A DNA stretch of 64,000 nt from an uncultured Acidobacteriota bacterium (GTDB taxonomy: Bacteria > Acidobacteriota > Vicinamibacteria > Vicinamibacterales > JAKQTR01), in assembly GCA_963843385.1 (NCBI GenBank), contig CAWJJY010000007.1:363651-427650 (forward strand), given 5' to 3'. The notes below the pieces were generated by a model. It had not been told where the DNA came from. It saw nothing but the letters and a program-made list of their open reading frames with translations, and searched no databases. The translations under genes were made by a program, and so were the position numbers. Every line of letters begins with the position of its first letter. Position 1 is the first letter of the stretch. Of the stretch, positions 45,545 through 54,562 are shown piece after piece.

Positions 45545-47158
45545 CTAGGCGGTGGTCTCGACCTTCTGCCGGCGGCCGCGCTTCGCGGTTTCGATGCACT
45601 CGCGCACGGCCACGATGACCGAGAGCCCCTGGTGACTCAGTTCGCGGCGGAGCAGGGCGCCGTTGGCCGCGGCGTGGCGCGGGTGCGCCTCGACGATGTG
45701 GAGATGATCGCGCGGGACACCGAGGCCGCGAAGCAGCGGTTCGAGCTCGGACGAGGGCCGGATCGTGGGTTGCCCGCCCGTCATGCCGACGGTCTTGTTG
45801 TCCAGGATCAGCACCGTCATCGGCGTGTTCGCCGAGATGGCATCCATCAGCGGCGTGACGCCGGAGTGGAGGAACGTGCTGTCGCCGATCACGGCGACAA
45901 CCGGGTGCAGCCCGGCATCGGACGCGCCGCGGGCCATGCCGATCGACGCTCCCATGCAGACGCACGACTCGATGGCGGTGTAGGGCGGCAGCGCGCCGAG
46001 CGTGTAGCAGCCGATGTCCGAGGTCACCACCGCGCCCGGGAACTCAGCGAGGGCGCTGGTCACGGCGTGGAAGCTGTCGCCGTGCGGGCAACCGGCGCAG
46101 AGCTGGGGCGGCCGGTTCGGCAGCGACAGGCCGGGGACGGTCATGCTCGGGCGCAGCGGCAGTCCGAGCGCGGTGCGCACGATGTCCGGCGTCAACTCGC
46201 CGTCGGGCGGCACGTGCCCCGATTCCCGTCCCCGGATGTCGGCTTCCGGCGGAACGACGCCGCGCAGGGCGTGCTCGAGTAACGGATACCCTTCTTCGAG
46301 CACGAGAATCTTCGGAAATCGCCGCACGAACTCGCGCACGCGATCGACCGGAAACGGGTACGCGCCGACGTGGAGGTGGGCCGGCCGGCGCTCGAGGTCC
46401 GCGATGTTCTCGAAGAGATAGTTGCGAGCCAGCCCGGTCGTGATCACGCCGAATGCCGACTGGCCCTCCGGAATGTCCACGGTGTTGTACCGGCAAGCAG
46501 ACGTGTACGCGCGCAGGCCGGCTTGCCGCTCGATGAGCGACCGCCACTGGCGGCGGGCGTTGGCCGGCAACAGCGTCCACGCCGCCGAATCCGGCGGTTT
46601 CCGCGCCGGGTTCTCGGGGCGGGCGTCTCCGGCCTGCACGATGCCCCGGCTGTGAGCGAGCCGCGTCACCAGGCGGAGCATCACCGGGATCGTGAACCGT
46701 TCGGAAAGGTCGAACGCCTCGCGCGTCATCTCGTAGGCTTCCTGATGGGTGGCCGGTTCGAGGCAGATGATCCTGGCGAAGTCCGCGAAGAAGCGGCTGT
46801 CCTGTTCGTTCTGCGAGCTGTGCATGCCCGGATCGTCCGCAACGGCCACCACCAGCCCGCCATGGATGGACAAGAGCGCCGAGTTCATGAACGGATCCGC
46901 CGCCACGTTGAGGCCGACGTGCTTCATCGCCGCCAGCGCCCGCCGTCCCGCGAACGACACGCCGAGAGCCTCTTCATACGCCGTCTTCTCGTTGGCGCAC
47001 CACGCCGCGAGCGGCCGCCCGTGCCGCTGTTGATGGCGAAGCAGGTACTCGAGGATCTCGGTCGACGGCGTGCCAGGGTAGGCGTACGCGCCGGTCAGGC
47101 CGGCGTGGACGGCGCCGAGCGCAACTGCCTCGTCACCGAGCAAAACCATCTCAGCCAT
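45545..47158 (-). CDS. iorA: Indolepyruvate:ferredoxin oxidoreductase, alpha subunit (TPP-binding)
   Basis: GDEA.A.GA...G....A.YPGTPSTEI, CAGCPH and GDSTF.HSG...L..A. No CxxCxxCxxxCP ferredoxin motif is visible at the C-terminus. Start at the ATG after GGAG. Confidence 0.8.
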   Translation of the reverse strand: MAEMVLLGDEAVALGAVHAGLTGAYAYPGTPSTEILEYLLRHQQRHGRPLAAWCANEKTAYEEALGVSFAGRRALAAMKHVGLNVAADPFMNSALLSIHGGLVVAVADDPGMHSSQNEQDSRFFADFARIICLEPATHQEAYEMTREAFDLSERFTIPVMLRLVTRLAHSRGIVQAGDARPENPARKPPDSAAWTLLPANARRQWRSLIERQAGLRAYTSACRYNTVDIPEGQSAFGVITTGLARNYLFENIADLERRPAHLHVGAYPFPVDRVREFVRRFPKILVLEEGYPLLEHALRGVVPPEADIRGRESGHVPPDGELTPDIVRTALGLPLRPSMTVPGLSLPNRPPQLCAGCPHGDSFHAVTSALAEFPGAVVTSDIGCYTLGALPPYTAIESCVCMGASIGMARGASDAGLHPVVAVIGDSTFLHSGVTPLMDAISANTPMTVLILDNKTVGMTGGQPTIRPSSELEPLLRGLGVPRDHLHIVEAHPRHAAANGALLRRELSHQGLSVIVAVRECIETAKRGRRQKVETTA

Positions 47159-47231
47159 GGGAATCTCCAAAGGGGGGCGGGAGGCAGGACCAGAGAAGCC
47201 GTCTGCCGGGACCGGTGCCCGGGCGCGGGCC

Positions 47232-48131
47232 TTATTTCACTGCCGCGGCGAGGTCAGCGAGCACGACCTCGGGGCTCCAGTCATTACCATTGTACGTCTT
47301 CACGAGCCGTCCATCACGATCGACGAGCACCGTGCGCAGGTTGTGGGTAATCTGGCGCCCGCTCTTGCCTTCGCGGATGACTGCCAGGCCGACCTTCGCG
47401 CCGAACTCGTCGATGGCCTTGCGATCGCCAGTGGCGAATCGCCAGACCGGGTCATACGCCCCGACGTCCTTCGCGTGCTGCAGCAGGACGCCCGGCTTGT
47501 CGACGTCAGGATCGAAGGAGATCGACAGGAGCCGGACCGCGGAGCGCAGGGGCGGTGACACCAGGATCCCGCGCTGGAGCGCGAGGAAGTACTGGTCCAT
47601 GCGCGGGCAATAGTCAGGCAGCGGACAACTCGTGTATATGAACGTCATCAGCACGAAGGAGCCGCGATACGAGGAGAACGCCCGCGAGCGCCCGTCCTGA
47701 AGCTCCAGCTCGATCTCGGGCAGCGCCATGCCGGGCCGGAGCTCAACGCTTGGAGGCTCGCCGGAGGGGCCGGACCGCTGCTCGGGGGGCAATGTACCGG
47801 TCTTCTGGATGCCCGCCAGCCAGGACTCCTCGTCGGTGACCATCAGCGTCGCGTGGACCAGATCGCCGACCGCGATGGCATCCAGCTGCTCGGGCTCCTT
47901 GACGGTGAACGCCATGGTCATGGCCGGCATGAACCCGACCACGTCCTCGTGTTTGACCGTCACCTGGGTCCGGTCCGGCTTGACGGCCAGGACCTCGCCG
48001 GTCAACTGGAAGGATCTGGCCTGGGATTCGGCCGGCTTTCCGCCGCACGAGACGATGAGGGAGGCCAGTGCCGCCAGAACGGCCCACGCCCCGATCGTCC
48101 GGATGGTTGGACGATGATGCATCCTCTTCAC
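47232..48131 (-). CDS. SCO1/SenC-family copper chaperone with an N-terminal CusF-like copper-binding domain (lipoprotein)
   Basis: Lipobox LIVSC. G.V......T.VTV.HE.V.GFMPAMTM.F is CusF-like. TFIYTSCPLPDYCP is the SCO CxxxC motif. Confidence 0.78.
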   Translation of the reverse strand: MKRMHHRPTIRTIGAWAVLAALASLIVSCGGKPAESQARSFQLTGEVLAVKPDRTQVTVKHEDVVGFMPAMTMAFTVKEPEQLDAIAVGDLVHATLMVTDEESWLAGIQKTGTLPPEQRSGPSGEPPSVELRPGMALPEIELELQDGRSRAFSSYRGSFVLMTFIYTSCPLPDYCPRMDQYFLALQRGILVSPPLRSAVRLLSISFDPDVDKPGVLLQHAKDVGAYDPVWRFATGDRKAIDEFGAKVGLAVIREGKSGRQITHNLRTVLVDRDGRLVKTYNGNDWSPEVVLADLAAAVK

Positions 48132-48182
48132 TCTAGATCGATGTCGAGGCGGGGGAGAAGGGTGCGCCTCGACGGATCAGAC

Positions 48183-48234
48183 CGGCTCGCGGCTGGCGGC
48201 TGGAGGCTCGCGGCTGGCGACTGGCGGCTGGCGG
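48183..48234 (+). repeat. Heptamer array F (about 7 units)
   Basis: cggct cgcggct ggcggct ggaggct cgcggct ggcgact ggcggct ggcggc, in the divergent SCO/RRM intergenic region. Confidence 0.8.
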
Positions 48235-48300
48235 CAGAAGGGCAGCCGGAGCGAACTTGACGGTCCTTGTCGACCCCTGATCCGAATATCCCTTGACTTC

Positions 48301-48309
48301 TGCTATACT
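48301..48309 (+). promoter_or_regulatory. Extended -10 promoter candidate (TGcTATACT) for the RRM protein gene
   Basis: TGnTATACT lies about 160 nt upstream of ATG 48468, which implies a long 5' UTR. Confidence 0.35.
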
Positions 48310-48467
48310 TCCGGCCGTTCTGGTGAGACCGCGCCGAAGAAGTCTGCGTGGGTGGTGCATCAGCCGCGTCAGATTCGCGTGAGTTTTCGCCGCGGCGACA
48401 GCTCGTAGGCGCGACGGGCTCGTCGCCGTCAGATCAGCGCGCGAAGGTGTCAGGAGCAGGGTCAAGC

Positions 48468-48827
48468 ATGGGCCGCAGACTCTACGTCGGAAACCTCCCC
48501 TACAAGTGTACGGACGACGACCTCCGCAACCTGTTCAGCCAGGCGGGCGCGGTGGAGAACGTCCAGGTGATGCGTGACACGGCCACGGGCCGCGCACGCG
48601 GATTCGCCTTCGTCGAGATGGCGACCGATGAAGGCGCCCAGAAGGCGGTCGCCGATTTCCACCAGCACCAGATGGACGGTCGGGCGCTGGTGGTCAACGA
48701 GGCCAGGCCGAAGTCGCCCGGTGGCGCCGGCCGTGGATTCGGCGCAGGGCCAGGCGGTGGCGGTGGGCGCGGGCGGGATTTCGGCGGGGACTTCGGCGGG
48801 GGCCGCGGTCGCGAGCCTCGCTGGTAG
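48468..48827 (+). CDS. RNA-binding protein (RRM/RNP-1 type) with a Gly/Arg-rich tail
   Basis: LYVGNLPY (RNP-2), RGFAFVEM (RNP-1) and a C-terminal GGGGRGRDFGGDFGGGRG. Start at the ATG after AGGAGCAGGG. Confidence 0.9.
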   Translation: MGRRLYVGNLPYKCTDDDLRNLFSQAGAVENVQVMRDTATGRARGFAFVEMATDEGAQKAVADFHQHQMDGRALVVNEARPKSPGGAGRGFGAGPGGGGGRGRDFGGDFGGGRGREPRW

Positions 48828-49008
48828 GCGGCGCCCTCAGTCGCCGCGCGTCGCGATCACCCGGGTGTCCGGGTCGGCATGTCCGGGTACGAGTACCCGA
48901 CATGAAGGGGGACATTCTACCCGCCAGGGCTGGCGTCCCGCCTTCTGCTGCTGATCCGCGTCCGTCGCCTTCCGACCTTCGAGATCAACGCCACATTCAA
49001 GGATACCG

Positions 49009-49034
49009 GCACGGGCGGTGGTTGCCGCCCGTGC
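49009..49034. terminator. Hairpin (10-bp stem) between convergent genes
   Basis: gcacgggcgg-tggttg-ccgcccgtgc. Confidence 0.4.
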
Positions 49035-49180
49035 GTGATGCCATGCCGCCTCCCGCCCTGTTTGCCATGAGTGATTCCTTTCGCGGCATCCACCGTGCAC
49101 CGCAGCGCGACCGAACTCGCCGCCCGCGCAGGCTGCCATCCTGCCTCCCGCCCGGTTTGCCGCGGAGGTTTCCTACCACG

Positions 49181-50191
49181 TCATCCACAGGGCATCTCTG
49201 CGCGAGTAATCGGGCCGGAGAGAGCCTGCTCGGCGAACTCCACGATGGCGGCCTCGGCCCAGTAGCCGTCGTAGCCGTCCTGCGGCGACTCGATGAAGCC
49301 GCAGTGCCCTCCATGGCGCGTGATGACGCGCGTGATGCACGGGTTGGCGGCGAGGCTGGAGTGCTGCAACGGCCCAACGGGGATGAACGGATCGTCTTCG
49401 GCGGTAATGATGAGCGTGGGAACCCGAATGCGATCGATGACCCGCATCGACGCCGCGCGGTGATAGTAGTCGGCGGAGTCCCTGAAGCCGTGGTGAGGGG
49501 CCGTGAATCGATCGTCGAACTGGCGGACGCGCCGAACACGCCACAATGATCTGACGTCGTAGCGGCCGGGAAACTGCCGGGCCTTTCGCCGGATGCGCCC
49601 CCGCAATCCCCACATGAAGTTCCACTCGTACAGGCGATTCTGCCGCCGCTCGAGCATGTCGATGCACCAGGAGAGCTCGATGGTCGGCGAGACGGCCGCC
49701 ACGGCGCGAAGCCATCCCGGCCTGTTCGCTCCGAGTTCCCCGGCGAGCTTCAGCGCCAGGTTCCCGCCGAGCGAGTAGCCGGCGACCACCATCGCCTCGA
49801 GCCCGTCGCGCGCGGCGAGTTCGTTCAGCACCGCGATCGGGTCGGCCGTCAGCCCGGAATGGTACAGGCCCTCGGAGAGCGCCTCGGTGCCGCCGCAGTT
49901 CCGCTGGTTCAGCCGCACGACATTGAAGCCGCGACCAAAGGCCTTGTCGGCCATCCCGAGCATGTAGTGAGCCTGGCTCGAACCCTCCAGGCCGTGCAGG
50001 GCGAGCAGCGTCGGGTGTGCTTCGGGGCGGTCCTGCCAGTGGCAGTGCGCCAGGACGCGCGAGTTCGGCGCGACGTCGAACACGCGAGCCACCGCCGGCG
50101 GCAGCGTCGGGAAACGGCGGGGTCTCGCCCACGCGAGGATGGTCATGCGGTGGCCGCCGCGCAGCCAGGCGGGCGGTGAGAAGGGACGCAT
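49181..50191 (-). CDS. Alpha/beta-fold hydrolase (YheT-like)
   Basis: LHGLEGS, nucleophile elbow GYSLGGN, and an overall length of 336 aa. Confidence 0.75.
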   Translation of the reverse strand: MRPFSPPAWLRGGHRMTILAWARPRRFPTLPPAVARVFDVAPNSRVLAHCHWQDRPEAHPTLLALHGLEGSSQAHYMLGMADKAFGRGFNVVRLNQRNCGGTEALSEGLYHSGLTADPIAVLNELAARDGLEAMVVAGYSLGGNLALKLAGELGANRPGWLRAVAAVSPTIELSWCIDMLERRQNRLYEWNFMWGLRGRIRRKARQFPGRYDVRSLWRVRRVRQFDDRFTAPHHGFRDSADYYHRAASMRVIDRIRVPTLIITAEDDPFIPVGPLQHSSLAANPCITRVITRHGGHCGFIESPQDGYDGYWAEAAIVEFAEQALSGPITRAEMPCG

Positions 50192-50420
50192 ACGGTTTCA
50201 GTCTACCTTCGATGACACGTGCCGGCTGCGGGCGTCTGGCAGGTGACAGGAACCCGGCGGCCGAGACCGTCCGGGCGAGACGGTCGTCCTCCAACGTGCC
50301 GGGTCGCGCAAGGCGGTTGAAAGCGGACAGCCAGCAGCCCATTTCGTCGTGACCGAGTGAAGACCACGCGACGTCAGTGTCCGATTCGAGACGTCAGCCT
50401 TGTCTTGTGCCGCGATGCCC

Positions 50421-50441
50421 CCGGCCGCCAGCCGCCAGCCC
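50421..50441 (-). repeat. Short heptamer array G (about 3 units)
   Basis: Minus strand gttgggct ggcggct ggcggcc gggg. Confidence 0.6.
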
Positions 50442-50527
50442 AACAACTCTCTCTCGAAATGTTCTGCGCGGCCTGCTGTAGACTATGCCGTCGTCTGACC
50501 GACGAGAGGCGACGGGAGGGGGACTCG

Positions 50528-52174
50528 ATGAATGGCTCAAGGAGAGTGCTGACAATCGTTGCGGCCGTATGCCTCGGTTCCGTGTTGACGGCATCGCCCC
50601 AGCAAGGCAAGCCATCAGCGCCGGCCAAAGCCAGGATCGACCCGGCCGAGGCGAGGGTGCAGACGCTGAAGAAGGAGGCGGCATCGGACATCGACGCGAT
50701 GAAGGACTCGCTGCAGCAGATGATCGATCAGGTCTACAGCTACGGCGAGCTCGGGTTCCAGGAATTCGAGACGTCGAAGTACCTCGTCGGCGTGCTGAAG
50801 AAGAACGGTTTTTCCGTCGAAGAGGGCGTTGCGGGCATGCCGACCGCCTGGGTGGCGACCTGGGGCTCGGGCAAGCCGGTCATTGCGCTCGGATCCGACA
50901 TCGACTGCCTGCCGCAGACGAGTCAGAAGCCCGGTGTGCCCCGGCACGAGCCCCTCGTCGATGGGGCGCCGGGCCACGGCGAAGGCCACAACTCGGGCGT
51001 GCCGATGAACATCGCCGCGGCGCTCGCGGTGAAGAAGATCATGGAGCGCGACAAGCTGTCCGGCACGCTGAAGCTCTGGGCTGGCGTGGCAGAGGAGCTG
51101 GTCGCGGGCAAGGCGTTCCTCGTGCGGGCCGGGGTGTTCAAGGACGTTGACGTCGTGCTCTTCTCGCACGTGGCGAACACGATGAGCGTGTCGTGGGGAT
51201 CCGACAGCGGCAACGGGCTGGTGTCGGTCGAATACCAGTTCAAGGGCCAGACGGCGCACAGCGCCGCCATGCCCTGGCGCGGGCGCAGCGCGCTCGACGC
51301 GGTCGAGCTGATGGATGTCGGCTGGAATTTCCGCCGCGAGCACCTGCGGATCCAGCAGCGATCGCACTACGTGATCACCGACGGGGGCGATCAGCCCAAC
51401 GTGGTGCCGGGGACCGCCTCGGTCTGGTACTACTTTCGCGAGACCGACTATCCGCTCATCAAGGAGATGTGGAACATCGGCAATCGGATGGCCGATGCGG
51501 CCGCGATGATGACCGACACGACCGTCTCCTCGCGCGTCCTCGGCGCGGCCTGGCCGCAGCACTTCAGCAAGCCGCTCGCCGAAGCCACCTACGCCAACAT
51601 CACGCAGGTCGGCATGCCGAAATGGGACGAGGCCGATCAGACGCTGGCCAAGGCGGTGCAGCGCGAGCTCGACCAGCCGGAGCGGGGCCTGGGGGCCGAG
51701 GTGGGCAGGCTCGGGTCGCCGATCAGGGACGAGGACAAGCGCGGCGGCGGGTCGGACGACATCGGTGACGTGTCGTGGAACGTTCCGACCATCACGTTGC
51801 GGTATCCGGCGAACATTCCGGGCACGACGGGCCACCACTGGTCGAGCGGGATTGCGATGGCGACCCCCATCGCGCACAAGGGCTGCGTGCAGGGCGCGAA
51901 GGTCCACGCCTTCACGATGCTCGACGTGCTGTTGAAGCCCGCGCTCGTCCAGCAGGCCTGGGACTACTTCAACACCGTGCAGACGAAGGACATGAAGTAC
52001 ACGCCCCTCATCCGGCCCGAGGACAAGCCGCCGATCTGGTTGAACACCAAGATCATGGCCGAGTACCGGGAGCGGATGAAGCCGTTCTACTTCGATCCGA
52101 CGAAGTACAGGACGTACCTCGAACAGCTCGGCGTGCCGTACCCGCCTGTTGGGAAGCCGGGGAGCGCGAAGTAG
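50528..52174 (+). CDS. Secreted M20-family amidohydrolase (AbgB-like)
   Basis: Signal peptide, ELGFQE.ETS, GSDIDCLP and GHGEGHN patterns. Start at the ATG after GGGAGGGGG. Confidence 0.7.
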   Translation: MNGSRRVLTIVAAVCLGSVLTASPQQGKPSAPAKARIDPAEARVQTLKKEAASDIDAMKDSLQQMIDQVYSYGELGFQEFETSKYLVGVLKKNGFSVEEGVAGMPTAWVATWGSGKPVIALGSDIDCLPQTSQKPGVPRHEPLVDGAPGHGEGHNSGVPMNIAAALAVKKIMERDKLSGTLKLWAGVAEELVAGKAFLVRAGVFKDVDVVLFSHVANTMSVSWGSDSGNGLVSVEYQFKGQTAHSAAMPWRGRSALDAVELMDVGWNFRREHLRIQQRSHYVITDGGDQPNVVPGTASVWYYFRETDYPLIKEMWNIGNRMADAAAMMTDTTVSSRVLGAAWPQHFSKPLAEATYANITQVGMPKWDEADQTLAKAVQRELDQPERGLGAEVGRLGSPIRDEDKRGGGSDDIGDVSWNVPTITLRYPANIPGTTGHHWSSGIAMATPIAHKGCVQGAKVHAFTMLDVLLKPALVQQAWDYFNTVQTKDMKYTPLIRPEDKPPIWLNTKIMAEYRERMKPFYFDPTKYRTYLEQLGVPYPPVGKPGSAK

Positions 52175-52182
52175 AGCCGGCC

Positions 52183-52218
52183 GCTGAAGGGCCCCATCAG
52201 CGTGACGGGCCCTTCAGC
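52183..52218. terminator. Bidirectional hairpin (12-bp stem) between convergent genes, overlapping the last codons of the minus-strand gene
   Basis: gctgaagggccc-12 nt-gggcccttcagc. Confidence 0.5.
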
Positions 52219-53708
52219 CCGTAGATCCAGAACCGCGCGTTGCGGTAGGCAACGGGCAGATCCAGCGCGTGCTCCGTTACGAGATAGTCGACGTCGTATC
52301 GCGCGGCGACCTGCCGCGCGTGCACGGGGGTGAGATCCTGAAAATCGCCGAGCGCGCGCGTGCGCTCCAGGACGCGCGCGGCGACGCGCCGCGAATACAT
52401 CGCCATGGCGCTGTCCTTGACCTCTTCGAGGAAGGTGTCTCGCTCGCCTGAAACACGCGCGCTGGTGCCGTAGCGGTACGAGTGGCCTGGATCGACGAGT
52501 ACGTGGGTCGAGGGAGGCGTCCGGGCAATCCATCCCATCGCGTCTTCCCACTCGCCGGTACCGGGTCCCATGCGCACGACCGCCTGCCCGGCGTGCTCGA
52601 CCAGCGTCACATACGCGCCGCGGCCAAGCGCTGCCGCGACGACGATCAGCGCGACGGCGGCCCGACCGCTCCACGCCGGCCGCGCCTGCATCGCCGCGCG
52701 CGATCGCGCGTCCACCGCCAGCCACACGGCGTAGAGGATCGCCATGAAATCGACCATCCAGAACACGCGCGAGATCTGCAATTGGACGGCGATGGCGAGT
52801 CGGGCGTGCACGAGGGGAAGCGTCACGGCGAAGATCAGGAGCAGCACGAGCACCCCGCCGACCAGCCCGCGTTCCTGGGGCGTCGACACGCCAAGCCTCC
52901 GCCGCCGCACAAACACCAGCGGGACGACGATCGCATAGAGCGCGGTGACGAGCCACATGGACACCGGCCACGTCGTCGGGAAGAGGTAGCCTTTGCCCGA
53001 GAGCACCTGCAGCCAGTCGGGATCCATCCGCACCACTTGCGCCGCCAGCGGTCCCGCCGTCAGGGCCCAGGCACCGGCCAGTGCGCAGGCCGCACCCGCA
53101 CCAAGCAGCCACGGCCGGGCCGCCCGATCCGAAATCATGATCGCGGCGCCCAGCCAGATGCCAAACCACATGCCCGTCGTCGGGTGGACCAGAACTGCGA
53201 GCGCCGCCAGGACCACCGCGACGATGTGCCGGCCGCGCAGGAATGCCGCGACCGCCACGATGCCGATGCCCCAGGCCAGCATGCGCGGGTGCGCGTAGCC
53301 TTCCAGCGAGTTCACGGCGGTCATCCCGATCCGGTGGCGCAGGGTGAGCGCGAAGGCGAATGCCGCCTGTGACCATGCGGACAGGCGGAGCGAACGGGCA
53401 ACGAGCATTGACCCGGCAAAGGCAAGGCCGAGGCTGGCGAGATACAAGACGGCGAAGATGGAGGGAATCGAAATCCCGGTTGTTCGCACCACACCGGCAA
53501 TGGCCCGGTTGGTGACTGTCAACCGGTCCTGGTCGTCGATGAGCTGACGATCACGAGGAAAGAAATCAGGGTGGAGGTGGCGCAGGATCCCGGGAATGTA
53601 AAACGCCTGGTCGCCGACGCCATAGCGATACGCGCCGCAGTTGAGTGTGGCGACGCCGGCGAAGACCAGCGCCGCCAGCGTCCAGGCCGCAAGGGTTCGA
53701 AACGTCAT
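52197..53708 (-). CDS. Polytopic integral membrane protein (function unknown, GT-C-like topology possible)
   Basis: About 12 hydrophobic segments followed by a soluble C-terminal region. No motif recognised. Confidence 0.55.
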   Translation of the reverse strand: MTFRTLAAWTLAALVFAGVATLNCGAYRYGVGDQAFYIPGILRHLHPDFFPRDRQLIDDQDRLTVTNRAIAGVVRTTGISIPSIFAVLYLASLGLAFAGSMLVARSLRLSAWSQAAFAFALTLRHRIGMTAVNSLEGYAHPRMLAWGIGIVAVAAFLRGRHIVAVVLAALAVLVHPTTGMWFGIWLGAAIMISDRAARPWLLGAGAACALAGAWALTAGPLAAQVVRMDPDWLQVLSGKGYLFPTTWPVSMWLVTALYAIVVPLVFVRRRRLGVSTPQERGLVGGVLVLLLIFAVTLPLVHARLAIAVQLQISRVFWMVDFMAILYAVWLAVDARSRAAMQARPAWSGRAAVALIVVAAALGRGAYVTLVEHAGQAVVRMGPGTGEWEDAMGWIARTPPSTHVLVDPGHSYRYGTSARVSGERDTFLEEVKDSAMAMYSRRVAARVLERTRALGDFQDLTPVHARQVAARYDVDYLVTEHALDLPVAYRNARFWIYGLKGPSR

Positions 53709-53945
53709 TGGCTTTCAGCGATTCGTCCTTTGGCGCACGGCCGTCGCGGTCCACCCTCCATGCGTCATGCGATGCACCGTCAGCAACCGGCTCGTGGGCG
53801 TCGGTTTGGCGTTACGATGAAGCCTCATTCGGGGTGTCCTCCAGAAAGAACGGGTTGGCTTGGTCGCTCCCATTCTTTCCAGGGAGCCCCGAATGGACAA
53901 CGTGTCTGGCAAACACACCTAGCTCGTAGTCCCCAGCCCCTGGCC

Positions 53946-54449
53946 TCAATCCCCTGGTGCCTCGTCCGCACTAGGTCCGTAGATGCCCGGAACGAGCGAC
54001 CCGGTCTGCCTCAGGTACACACTGAGCTGACCGCGATGATGGATCATGTGGTTCATGACCCAGCCTCGGAACGCTGCTGCGCGCGGCATCGTCATCAGCG
54101 CACGATCTCCGCGCTTGAACGTCCAGGTCCCGTTCCACTCGGCATCAGTCATGGTTCCGATCCGGGCGCGAACCTCTGCCACGGCCTCATCAAACGCCCG
54201 CAGCATCTGATCGACCGAGTCGAGACTTCGATCGGTGCGGCCTTCGTCTGCTCGCTCGTACATCGCATCGCGGAGGATCGCGTCTCCGAACTTCGGGATT
54301 TCCACCACGTGCGTCGCCAGCCGCCCGAGCGTCATCGATTTCCGATGCGGACTCCAGCCCAACTGGCCCGGGTTCACGCGCTCGATGACGCGCCGGGTGA
54401 CCGCGGTCTCATGGTCGAACTCGGGCAGCACGCTTTCGGATATCGACAT
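53946..54449 (-). CDS. DinB-family (four-helix-bundle metal-binding) protein
   Basis: HVVE, and MIHHRGQLSVYLR near the C-terminus. Length 167 aa. Confidence 0.8.
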   Translation of the reverse strand: MSISESVLPEFDHETAVTRRVIERVNPGQLGWSPHRKSMTLGRLATHVVEIPKFGDAILRDAMYERADEGRTDRSLDSVDQMLRAFDEAVAEVRARIGTMTDAEWNGTWTFKRGDRALMTMPRAAAFRGWVMNHMIHHRGQLSVYLRQTGSLVPGIYGPSADEAPGD

Positions 54450-54562
54450 CTACATCCTCTACTCGGGTTCTGAGGGCCAGCGATCAGGCGCCGGTTCGCG
54501 CGTCGCGGGCCGGCAAGTTGCCTGTCTTCGTCGCCTGAATTCTGCGTGATCCCAGTCTGACT

